DNA of 64,000 nucleotides, from assembly GCA_947595555.1 (NCBI GenBank), contig CANQES010000001.1, forward strand, positions 208 to 64,207. The letters run 5' to 3'. Source of the DNA: an uncultured Clostridia bacterium (GTDB lineage: Bacteria > Bacillota > Clostridia > TANB77 > CAG-508). The notes under the pieces are model-generated. The model ran no database searches. It was given only the letters and a program-made list of their open reading frames with translations, and was not told where the DNA came from. Of this stretch, positions 46,340 to 54,509 are shown piece after piece. Within the stretch, counting starts at the first letter, position 1, and each line of letters opens with the position of its first letter. Position numbers and translations under genes: made by a program.

Positions 46340-46910
46340 ATCTTCTACTGTTAAATTTCTTAACCCGTGGCAATATTCTTTTTATTCCATTGTTAATGCA
46401 ATTTGTATAAGCTGATATCTTTACATCTCTTTTATCGATATCTTGTGGTTTCTTAGCTATTTTCCCTTTTTCTTTATCTTCTTTTCCTGTAAAAAACTCA
46501 TCTTTACTACTTCTGCTTCCTGTTGCCTCTATGCTTACTCCTCCCATAGTAAATTTGCCTTTATATGTATATGTAAAATGTCCGTCTGTTTCTGTTTCTA
46601 AAATAGGCTCACTTATACTCCAACCTATTCCAAATAATCTTGCTACCTTGGTTGCTCCACTTTCTTGCAAATATGGAACTCCTCCAATTAAAACCCAGTC
46701 ATTCTCATTTGTTATTTTTAATGATGCACTCATTATTCTTTTAATTGCCTCTATTCTTCTTTCTGCCTGTTCTGCCATTGCTAATAAATTATCATTACTA
46801 AGCATACTTATTTCTGTATCCAATTCATTTGTATTTACTTCTACTAATTCTTGATTACTCAATTCCATTTTCCTCCCTCCATTTATCATCGTAATAACAT
46901 TCTTCTGCAA
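46290..46910 (-). CDS. Putative single-strand annealing / ssDNA-binding recombination protein
   Basis: Sits next to the exonuclease. The W-rich C-terminal 30 aa look like out-of-frame read-through. Confidence 0.3.
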   Translation of the reverse strand: MQKNVITMINGGRKMELSNQELVEVNTNELDTEISMLSNDNLLAMAEQAERRIEAIKRIMSASLKITNENDWVLIGGVPYLQESGATKVARLFGIGWSISEPILETETDGHFTYTYKGKFTMGGVSIEATGSRSSKDEFFTGKEDKEKGKIAKKPQDIDKRDVKISAYTNCINNGIKRILPRVKKFNSRRYGKCWIRLQQNERVWI

Positions 46911-47047
46911 TTAATTCGAAGATGTTTCCTTCTTCGTCATTTTCTATGTAATCTTCCATAAAAAAACGTTCTCCTTCTTGACTTCTACTTCAACTTTGTG
47001 TATAATTAAAATAGAAATCATGTATTTATATATGTTTTTTGTTTGAA

Positions 47048-47335
47048 CTAGTATGTTTGTCCGACGTCTAGTTCTTTTTTATATAAAATAGTTTTTATTT
47101 TATTTTTTAGATTCTTTGTACTGTTATAATCTTGTTCTTTCATTAAATTATCTATTGCTAATATTTTTCTATGATTACGATAATTTTCAATATGTTCGTC
47201 TTCTATCTCATTTCTTAAATCTTGAATACTTTCTTCTTGTCTTCTAATTTTCATTTTCAAGTCTTCTATTTCTCTCTCTTTTGCTTTTAAAATTTTGTTA
47301 TGCATTGTTCTTGTAATAAAAAACATATTCCTCAT
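47048..47335 (-). CDS. Phage hypothetical coiled-coil protein
   Basis: 95-aa ORF. Confidence 0.3.
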   Translation of the reverse strand: MRNMFFITRTMHNKILKAKEREIEDLKMKIRRQEESIQDLRNEIEDEHIENYRNHRKILAIDNLMKEQDYNSTKNLKNKIKTILYKKELDVGQTY

Positions 47336-47343
47336 TTCCTTTC

Positions 47344-47529
47344 CTATTTACAATCTTTACAATAATAATGTCCTTGTATGTTATATAATGTTGTGTTTTT
47401 ACCACATTTTTCACAAAGTATTTTTCTACTCATCATTGCAGCTCTTTTTGCTTCTTTTAATTGATGGGATTTACTATTCTTTTTTGGCTGTCTATTCAAT
47501 ACCTTGGCTACTGCACTCATATGTCCCAT
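47344..47529 (-). CDS. Phage zinc-ribbon protein
   Basis: CEKCGKN...CKDCK. Confidence 0.35.
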   Translation of the reverse strand: MGHMSAVAKVLNRQPKKNSKSHQLKEAKRAAMMSRKILCEKCGKNTTLYNIQGHYYCKDCK

Positions 47530-48024
47530 TTTTATTTCCTCCTTTCAAACTTCTTAATCTATAATTCATTTTAAATAATGTTAATAACATCTGTTCATGT
47601 ACTTTTTTCCATTCTGCAATATCAATGCATTCATTTAATAACTCTTGATAATGTTTAATCATTTGTTTTTCCTCCTATATTTTATTTGTAAACTGTTATG
47701 TGCATAAATCCATATACTAACATGCTTGTCCACATTGCATAAACACTCATGTATAACATTGTTTTTAAAAATATTTTTTTAAGCTTTCTCATTTGTTTCC
47801 CTCCTTCTTATTTTTCTTTTACCTTTGCTATTATTTCTATATTATTTTTTTCTGCTACTATATCTGCTAATGTTTGAAAAAATATTTGTGCGTGTTCCAG
47901 CGTAAATTTTGTCTTATCTTTATTTTCCAAGTTCACCACCTCTCTTAAAAATATTCATATAACTTGTACTTCTTTCTAATTTATTTTGTGTGGTATGTCG
48001 TATTTTTGTTTATTACTTGCAATT

Positions 48025-48249
48025 CTATGCACCTCCTTGTATTTGAAGAGTAATACATTCCTTTGTTTGTATTACTTTTGAGCTAGTAGGCTTGCTGTTT
48101 ACTGGCTCTATTCTTTTTATTGTAGTAACTTTATCTTTTTCATAGATAATTGTATCTATTATTTTTCCACCGTTATCAATGATTTTGCTTATTTCCTCTT
48201 TGTCTTTTTTCATTATTTTATATGCCTCTTTTTGAGTTATCAGTTCCAT
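48025..48249 (-). CDS. Phage hypothetical protein
   Basis: 74-aa ORF. Confidence 0.3.
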   Translation of the reverse strand: MELITQKEAYKIMKKDKEEISKIIDNGGKIIDTIIYEKDKVTTIKRIEPVNSKPTSSKVIQTKECITLQIQGGA

Positions 48250-48287
48250 ATTCCCTCCTTATTCATTAGATTTTTATCACTTTTAAT

Positions 48288-48515
48288 TTATTTTTTATCA
48301 TTTGTAGAACTTATTGTACGTTGTGTTGCTAAAAAAATTTGTACAATAGGTACTCCAAGAATTTCAGCAAATACTGATTTAGCTTTATCACTAGGACTTC
48401 TCTCTCCTCTTTCTATCATTGAGATATAATCCTTTGAATATCCGGATTTCCTTGCCAGCTGTTCTTGTGTTAATTTACTTTTTATCCTTAATTCCTTAAA
48501 AGATAATTTTTTCAT
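48288..48515 (-). CDS. Cro-like XRE-family HTH regulator
   Basis: LTQEQLARKSGYSKDYISMIERGERSPS; divergent from the CI-like gene. Confidence 0.75.
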   Translation of the reverse strand: MKKLSFKELRIKSKLTQEQLARKSGYSKDYISMIERGERSPSDKAKSVFAEILGVPIVQIFLATQRTISSTNDKK

Positions 48516-48556
48516 TTTTCTATCTCCTTTCGTACTTTTTGTTCGTTTGTAATTGA

Positions 48557-48585
48557 ATTATATAGTACAATATGTTCTTTGTCAA
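48557..48585 (-). promoter_or_regulatory. Early (cro-side) promoter TTGACA-17-TATAAT on the minus strand, with an operator-like repeat in its spacer
   Basis: Reverse complement of 48580-48585 is TTGACA; reverse complement of 48557-48562 is TATAAT. GTACAATATGTTC sits at 48565-48577. Confidence 0.45.
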
Positions 48586-48645
48586 TACTTTTTTGAAATT
48601 TTTTCTTAAAAATTTTTAAAACTATTGAAACTCTAAGAAAGAAAT

Positions 48646-48658
48646 TTGTACAAATTGT
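48646..48658. promoter_or_regulatory. Second copy of the operator-like repeat GTACAA(A/T)(T/A)TGTTC
   Basis: GTACAAATTGTTC, compared with GTACAATATGTTC at 48565; just upstream of the CI-side -35. Confidence 0.35.
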
Positions 48659-48666
48659 TCTGTTTT

Positions 48667-48695
48667 TCTTTACAAAACGTACTATTTGTTATATA
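48667..48695 (+). promoter_or_regulatory. Repressor-side promoter TTTACA-17-TATAAT
   Basis: TTTACA at 48667-48672 and TATAAT at 48690-48695; the RBS AAAGGAA precedes the ATG at 48720. Confidence 0.45.
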
Positions 48696-48719
48696 ATGTT
48701 TTTATCAAATTAAAAAGGA

Positions 48720-49076
48720 ATGATTTATTTGAATAGATTAAGAGAATTAAGATTAGAAAAAGGATTATTACAATCTGACATATCAAAAATTATAAATAAA
48801 GGAGAAAGAACGGTAGGATTTTACGAAACTGGAGAAAGAGATATGGGAACAGAAACCTTATCAATTTTATCTAATTTTTTTAATGTTTCTATAGATTACT
48901 TGTTAGGAAAATCAGATATAAGAAACCCTGAAAAAATTGATCATGATAAAATAAATATTGGTTTAAGTAAAAAAGATTATAACCCACCTACCCCAGAGCA
49001 GCAAGAAAAAATCGAAGAATTTGCAAAATTTGTACTAAAAGATAATTTAAAAGATAAGGAAGATAAAAATAAATGA
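48720..49076 (+). CDS. CI-like XRE-family HTH repressor (ImmR-type, no S24 peptidase domain)
   Basis: LLQSDISKIINKGERTVGFYETGER HTH; followed by an ImmA-like gene. Confidence 0.7.
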   Translation: MIYLNRLRELRLEKGLLQSDISKIINKGERTVGFYETGERDMGTETLSILSNFFNVSIDYLLGKSDIRNPEKIDHDKINIGLSKKDYNPPTPEQQEKIEEFAKFVLKDNLKDKEDKNK

Positions 49077-49496
49077 ATTTAGAAAATTTATATGATTTAG
49101 CTGAAAAAGAAAATGTTAAAATATATGATTTTTATTTTGATGAAGATATAAATGGAATGTTTTTAAACTATGATAAGTTAAATGCAATTGCTTTAAACTA
49201 TAAAAATATTAGAAATAGCCAAGAAGAAAAATGTGTATTATCTGAAGAACTAGGTCACTATTATATGGATGCAACCTATAATTATACTAATATTGATAAA
49301 ATTATCTTTGACAAACAAGAATATCGTGCTAGAAAATGGAGTTATTATGCGCTTATTCCTTTTGAAAAATTAAAATTAGCCATCTTAAATCGGAATTGAT
49401 ACTCTTTATAAATTAGCAGAATATTTTGAAGTTACAGAAGAATATATGAAAAATGCATTAAAATTTTATGAAGGAAAATATGGTCTTATTTTTTAA
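49073..49496 (+). CDS. ImmA/IrrE-family metallopeptidase-like anti-repressor, apparently frameshifted near 49385-49400
   Basis: SEELGHYYMD (HEXXH-like). After the stop at 49399 a second frame encodes the typical C-terminus ...IDTLYKLAEYFEVTEEYMKNALKFYEGKYGLIF. Confidence 0.5.
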
Positions 49497-49536
49497 TTAA
49501 AAAATTTTAATATATATAATAAAGGGGATTTTTAAA

Positions 49537-50136
49537 ATGAAAAATGAAAACGAATTAGAAACTAAAACAATTAAAAATAATTTTTTTAAAGACAAGAAAA
49601 ACATTGCTATAATAGTACTTTTATTCTTATTGTTTTGTGTTTCTTGTGCTTATATCATGCCCACAGATGTTTCTAGATATGAAAATGAACTTACTGAACT
49701 CAATAATCAAATAACATATTTACAAAGTCAAATTAACAATTTAAAAACAGAAAATGCTACTTTAAAAGAAGAAAAAACAAAATTAGAAAAAGATAAAAAT
49801 AATTTGGAAGAACAAAAAAATACTCTTGAAAGCGAAAAACAAGAATTAAATAAAAAAATAGATGAATTAGCTAAAGCTAAAGAAAAAGAAGAAAATTCCG
49901 CAACTTTAGCTAAAAGTTCTTCTTCTCAATTGTCAACAAGTGCTACAGTAACCAATTCTCCTTCTACAAATACGAGTTCATCAGCCAACAACAATAATTC
50001 ACAAATGGTATGGGTTGGGAATACTGGTACAAAGTATCATAAACAAAATTGTAGAACTTTAAAAGGTAACGGACACCAAATAACACTACAACAAGCACTT
50101 GCTGAAGGTAGAGAAGCTTGTAAAGTATGTTATTAA
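49537..50136 (+). CDS. Moron: membrane-anchored coiled-coil protein with a C-terminal Cys/His motif
   Basis: One N-terminal TM helix, a long coiled coil, an S/T-rich linker, and a C-terminal YHKQNCRTL...EACKVCY. Confidence 0.4.
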   Translation: MKNENELETKTIKNNFFKDKKNIAIIVLLFLLFCVSCAYIMPTDVSRYENELTELNNQITYLQSQINNLKTENATLKEEKTKLEKDKNNLEEQKNTLESEKQELNKKIDELAKAKEKEENSATLAKSSSSQLSTSATVTNSPSTNTSSSANNNNSQMVWVGNTGTKYHKQNCRTLKGNGHQITLQQALAEGREACKVCY

Positions 50137-50241
50137 TTTTTTAAATAATAATATATTCCCCATCAACTTAATAGAAAATTTATAAATAAAATATATCAAT
50201 TATTAATATTTAAAAATATAAAAAATAAAAGGAGAATAATT

Positions 50242-50703
50242 ATGCAATGTAAAAAATGTAAAAAAGAATGTATGGAAAATGAACTGACAAATGGTATATG
50301 TGCAGATTGTTTAATTGAAAACAATAAAGGAACTGTAAATACAAATTCAAATGCAAATGCTATAGGTTGCTTGGTAGCTTTTATATTCATAGGTGCAATT
50401 TGTTTTTTTATTTGGAATGGAATTGGCAGTATTTTTAATGACACTAAAACAGACGATAATTCAGGAACTCCAAGTAATATAGAATTGATGTCTTATGCCC
50501 AAACTGTATTAGATGATAATTTAAGTAATCCAAAATATTCAAGTAATAAAAATGACTATAATTTTGTAAAAACAGGTTTAAGATATAAAATAGAAGGAAA
50601 AGTTAATAATGAAAAATTTTGGCTAATAATACAATTTACAGATGACACATATAAAGAATATGATTTAATATCTTTGCAAATTGGAAACAAAACAATTAAA
50701 TAA
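50242..50703 (+). CDS. Moron: zinc-ribbon membrane protein
   Basis: N-terminal CKKCKK...CADC, one TM helix and an extracytoplasmic domain. Confidence 0.35.
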   Translation: MQCKKCKKECMENELTNGICADCLIENNKGTVNTNSNANAIGCLVAFIFIGAICFFIWNGIGSIFNDTKTDDNSGTPSNIELMSYAQTVLDDNLSNPKYSSNKNDYNFVKTGLRYKIEGKVNNEKFWLIIQFTDDTYKEYDLISLQIGNKTIK

Positions 50704-50969
50704 AAAGAAAAGTTTGTAATTTTAACAAGCCATAAAAACAAAGCTATTAATAAAAAAATATGAAACACTATAAAACTAATAAAAATGTATTACTTATAAT
50801 AAATTTGTTAAAGAATTAAAACAATTAAAAAATAGATAACATACTCCCCACCAAAGCTAAATAATTCAATATAAATCCTAGTATAAAAAATAAAATTTGA
50901 CATATTTTATAATATGTGTTATTATAATTATAGCTAGCAAATAACCAGTCTAGTAAATGAAAAACACAT

Positions 50970-51010
50970 AAAAAGACTAGGAAGCCTGAACAATTTCCTA
51001 GTCTTTTTTC
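50970..51010. terminator. Bidirectional terminator (AGACTAGG / CCTAGTCT, 15-nt loop, T6)
   Basis: Inverted repeat with A-rich and T-rich flanks, between the morons and the integrase. Confidence 0.45.
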
Positions 51011-51309
51011 TATGCTATTTACTTAATCTCTTTATTATGTAATAAAGTATTATAAGTTTTAGCACGTCTAACCAGTTTTTCAATGAAAAACACCTCCTTT
51101 CTACCTTTTGGAGAAAGGCACGTTTACTATAACATTATTAGTTCTATTTTGTCAAATTTGATAATCAAAAATAGATAATGTATTCTGCGACCAAACTTCA
51201 TACATTACCTATTCTCTATCTACTTGTATAAGTAGTTTATAGTTGTATTATACAATATTAAACCTCTTTATACAAGTACCAAAAATTTGTTTAAGGAGGT
51301 TATTTTTGC

Positions 51310-52725
51310 GTGAAAGATAATATAAATAATAATATGAATAATTTTAATAAAAAAGCTGAAGAAGTTGCACTCTACATCCGTGTCTCAACAGAGGAACAAG
51401 CCTTAAATGGAGATAGTCTAAGAACACAAAGAGAAGAATTAACTAAATATGCTCTTGCCAATGGTTTTCATATTTATAATATTTACGAAGACGATGGCTT
51501 TTCTGCTACTAATCTTAAAAGACCTGCATTGCAAAGAATGTTAAAAGACGTAGAACAAAATAAGATAAATAGAATACTTATAACAAAACTTGATCGTCTA
51601 TCTCGTGGAGTTAGGAACTATTATAAAGTTTTAGATGTTTTAGATGAACATGATGTATTTTGGCAAACTATATTTGAAAAATACGACAGTTCAACAGCCA
51701 ATGGTAGACTACATATTAATATTATGCTTTCTGTTGCAGAAAATGAATCCGCTCAAACCTCTGAAAGAATTAGGAGTGTCTTTAAAACAAAAATACAAAG
51801 TAAAGAATTGATAAGTGGCAAAATTCCTATTGGCCTTAAAAAAGATGATAAAAGAATGATAATAGATGAAGACAAAAAACAAGTTATTTTAGATGCTTTT
51901 CAGTTTTATAAAGAAACAATTAGTGCATATCAAACTTTTCAAAAATTAGACCTAAAATACCCAGAATTACAATTAAATTACATGAGAACTTATCGAATTT
52001 TAACAAACAAACTATATGTAGGAATTAAAGAAACTCGATATGGAGATATAGAAAACTTTTGTCCTGCAATAATAGACATTAATACATTTGAAAATACTCA
52101 AAAAATGTTGAAGAAAAATGCCAGAAAACAAAGTCATAATAATTCTGGTGGATATATTTTTCAAGGCATGTTAAAATGTGCTGAATGCGGATATACTTTG
52201 GGTGGCAAATTTTATGCTAAGAATTTAGAAAGTTCTAAATATTACTATATCTGCAAACGTCATCATTTATCTTTGAAATGCAGTTGTAATACGAATTTTA
52301 ATGAACAAAAAATTGAGCAGAAACTTTTAAAACAATTTATTCCTCAACTTGAAAAGTATATTTCTAATTATGAATACAAACAAAATAACGTTAAAAAACT
52401 TAATTTTTCAAAGGAAATTAATTCTGTTGAATCTAAATTAATTAAATTAAAAGATTTATATATAAGAGATTTAATTAGAATAGATGATTATGAAAATGAT
52501 TATAAAAAATATGTTTCTCAGTTGGAAAATCTATACAAAGAACAAGAAAGCATTGAGACAGACAAGCCAAAAAACAACATAGACATATTAAAATCATTCT
52601 TAAACCAAGATATTTTAACTATATATAATAATTCTTCTAGGTTAGAAAAAAGACGATTATGGTTATCTGTAATTGATTATATTGTAATAGATAAGGATTA
52701 TAACATGCAAATATTTTTTATTTAA
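51310..52725 (+). CDS. Large serine recombinase (phage integrase)
   Basis: Resolvase N-domain VALYIRVSTEEQ...; recombinase domain; zinc ribbon CAECGYTLGGKFYAKNLESSKYYYICKRHH; GTG start after AAGGAGG. Confidence 0.9.
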   Translation: MKDNINNNMNNFNKKAEEVALYIRVSTEEQALNGDSLRTQREELTKYALANGFHIYNIYEDDGFSATNLKRPALQRMLKDVEQNKINRILITKLDRLSRGVRNYYKVLDVLDEHDVFWQTIFEKYDSSTANGRLHINIMLSVAENESAQTSERIRSVFKTKIQSKELISGKIPIGLKKDDKRMIIDEDKKQVILDAFQFYKETISAYQTFQKLDLKYPELQLNYMRTYRILTNKLYVGIKETRYGDIENFCPAIIDINTFENTQKMLKKNARKQSHNNSGGYIFQGMLKCAECGYTLGGKFYAKNLESSKYYYICKRHHLSLKCSCNTNFNEQKIEQKLLKQFIPQLEKYISNYEYKQNNVKKLNFSKEINSVESKLIKLKDLYIRDLIRIDDYENDYKKYVSQLENLYKEQESIETDKPKNNIDILKSFLNQDILTIYNNSSRLEKRRLWLSVIDYIVIDKDYNMQIFFI

Positions 52726-52726
52726 C

Positions 52727-53100
52727 TATTTTGGTACTTTTTTCTACTAACAGAAGACAATCGTGACGTTATTTATGGAGTTGTAAAAAATTGTTTTAAA
52801 GATCCAGTATGTGATGCTGTTGTAAAATTAGTGGAAGTTGTTTATGAACATGGAAAAGAAGAAAGAAGACCAATTGGGCACACTTTTACAGATAAAGAGG
52901 GTGAATTTGTATTTGGACCTCTTTGCCCAGGAAAAGAATACGCTATCCAAATTTGGGTAAACGACACAAAAAAAATTAAAATTTGTGCAAAATGTCATCA
53001 TGAAGGCAAATGCTTAAAAGGTGAAAAATGCGATAAATGTGACTGTTTTATCGATGACTGCGAAAAAGAAGATTTTTGTGAAAAACCTGAATGTGAATAA
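52727..53100 (+). CDS. 3' fragment of the phage-split host gene: transthyretin / carboxypeptidase-regulatory-like fold followed by a Cys-rich tail
   Basis: The frame is open from 52727 with no ATG until 52831. ...VIYGVVKNCFKDPVCDAVVKLVEVVYEHG...KICAKCHHEGKCLKGEKCDKCDCFIDDCEKEDFCEKPECE. Confidence 0.5.
52755..52790. other. attR of the prophage (core CGTTATTT at 52767-52774)
   Basis: Identical 8-nt core to 13522-13529, in-frame with the downstream host ORF. Confidence 0.5.
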
Positions 53101-53117
53101 CAAATTAGAATATCAAG

Positions 53118-53148
53118 AAAGGATTTGGGGACGGCCCCATAATCCTTA
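53118..53148. repeat. REP-like palindromic repeat, copy C
   Basis: AAAGGATTTGGGGACGGCCCCATAATCCTTA. Confidence 0.8.
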
Positions 53149-53163
53149 TTTTTTTCAAAAAGA

Positions 53164-53194
53164 AAGGATTATGGGGCCGTCCCCAAATCCTTAA
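53164..53194. repeat. REP-like palindromic repeat, copy D, inverted relative to C. It encodes the last 8 codons and the stop of pdp
   Basis: AAAGGATTATGGGGCCGTCCCCAAATCCTTA. The reverse strand reads EIKDLGTAP*. Confidence 0.8.
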
Positions 53195-54488
53195 TTTCCA
53201 ATATTATATTTGGTTTCTCAATTTTTTCTTCTTTTATCTTTACAATTTGTACAAAATATTTTTTTGCTTCTTCTAATTTTTGCATGTCATTGCTATGGAT
53301 ATATGCTAAAACATCCCCTCTTTCTATTTTATCTGCTATCTTTTTTGTTAATACCACTCCCACTGCTGGGTCAATCTCATCTTCTTTTTTTTCTCTTCCT
53401 GCTCCTAGCATGCCTGCCAATCTACCTATTTCCTTTGCATTAATGTCATGTATATATCCACTTGTTTGGCTATAAATAGGTTCGATGTATTTAGCTTTTG
53501 GCAATTTATCCAATTTTTCTATATATGAAATATCTCCACCATGTCTTTGTACAAGCTCTATAAACTTATTATAAGCTTTACCATTTTCTATATTCTCTAA
53601 CAATTTATTTTTATTTTCATCTAGATTTTCACCTTTACCTGCTAATAAAAGCATTTGACTCCCCAAAGCTAATATTACTTCTTTCAAGTCTTCTGGCATA
53701 TCTCCTTTAAGACATTTAACAGCTTCAATTACCTCTAGTGAATTTCCTACGGCAAACCCTAAAGGTTCATCCATATTTGTCAATACGCAAACTGTTTCTC
53801 TATTAGCTAATTTTCCAATTTTAATCATTGTATTAGCAAGTTTTCTTGCATCACCTATATTGCTCATAAAAGCACCTTTTCCTACAGTTACGTCTAATAC
53901 TATTTTTTGTGCTCCACTTGCAATTTTCTTACTCATAATACTAGAAGCAATTAATGGAATATTTTCCACACATGATATTGCATCTCTTAAAGCATATAAT
54001 TTTTTGTCCGCAGGAGCTAAATTTTGAGTTTGAGAAATAATGCTAATACCAATTTCTTTTACATTTTTTATAAATTGCTCCATAGATATTGCTGTTCTAT
54101 AACCTGGAATTGACTCTAATTTGTCTATAGTTCCTCCTGTAAAGCCAAGTCCTCTTCCTGACATTTTCGCTACTGGCACTCCAAGAGAACTAATTAATGG
54201 CAAAAGAATAAGTGAAACCTTATCTCCTACTCCTCCTGTTGAGTGCTTATCCACAATTACTTCTCCCAATGTAGACATGTCTAATGTCTCTCCTGAACAT
54301 GACATAGCTAACGTTAAATCCGTTGTTTCTCGATCAGTCATTCCATTTAAAAATATTGCCATTATCAATGCGGCTGCCTGATAATCCGTTATATCATTTT
54401 TTGTATAACCATCTATAAAATATTTTATCTCTTCTTCTGTTAATTCTTGCTTATCTCTTTTTTTTGCTATAATATCTAAAATATTCAT
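53169..54488 (-). CDS. pdp: Pyrimidine-nucleoside (thymidine) phosphorylase
   Basis: HSTGGVGDK and the glycosyl-transferase family 3 architecture; 439 aa. Confidence 0.85.
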   Translation of the reverse strand: MNILDIIAKKRDKQELTEEEIKYFIDGYTKNDITDYQAAALIMAIFLNGMTDRETTDLTLAMSCSGETLDMSTLGEVIVDKHSTGGVGDKVSLILLPLISSLGVPVAKMSGRGLGFTGGTIDKLESIPGYRTAISMEQFIKNVKEIGISIISQTQNLAPADKKLYALRDAISCVENIPLIASSIMSKKIASGAQKIVLDVTVGKGAFMSNIGDARKLANTMIKIGKLANRETVCVLTNMDEPLGFAVGNSLEVIEAVKCLKGDMPEDLKEVILALGSQMLLLAGKGENLDENKNKLLENIENGKAYNKFIELVQRHGGDISYIEKLDKLPKAKYIEPIYSQTSGYIHDINAKEIGRLAGMLGAGREKKEDEIDPAVGVVLTKKIADKIERGDVLAYIHSNDMQKLEEAKKYFVQIVKIKEEKIEKPNIILEIKDLGTAP

Positions 54489-54509
54489 TGTTTCATATCT
54501 CCCATTATT

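Larger units (their letters stand above)
13523..52774. mobile_element. Integrated siphovirus-like prophage of about 39.2 kb, with a large serine integrase, inserted within a host protein-coding gene
   Basis: Contiguous lysis, tail, head, packaging, regulation, replication, immunity and integrase modules, bounded by the CGTTATTT cores that reconstitute one host ORF. Confidence 0.85.

Noticed and set aside
51189-51207. CATACATTA motif upstream of the integrase considered as a SigE/SigK -10
   Set aside because: No AC -35 element at the 15-17 nt spacing was found. The motif is about 100 nt from the GTG start. Too weak to call from sequence alone.
13586-52737. Inverted motifs GGTACTTTTTT (52733) and AAAAAAAGTACC (13579-13590) flanking the reconstructed attP, considered as integrase arm sites
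   Set aside because: Their distances from the core are asymmetric (about 35 versus about 57 nt). Serine integrases do not use arm sites. The left copy is part of a hairpin at the ORF end. Probably coincidental.
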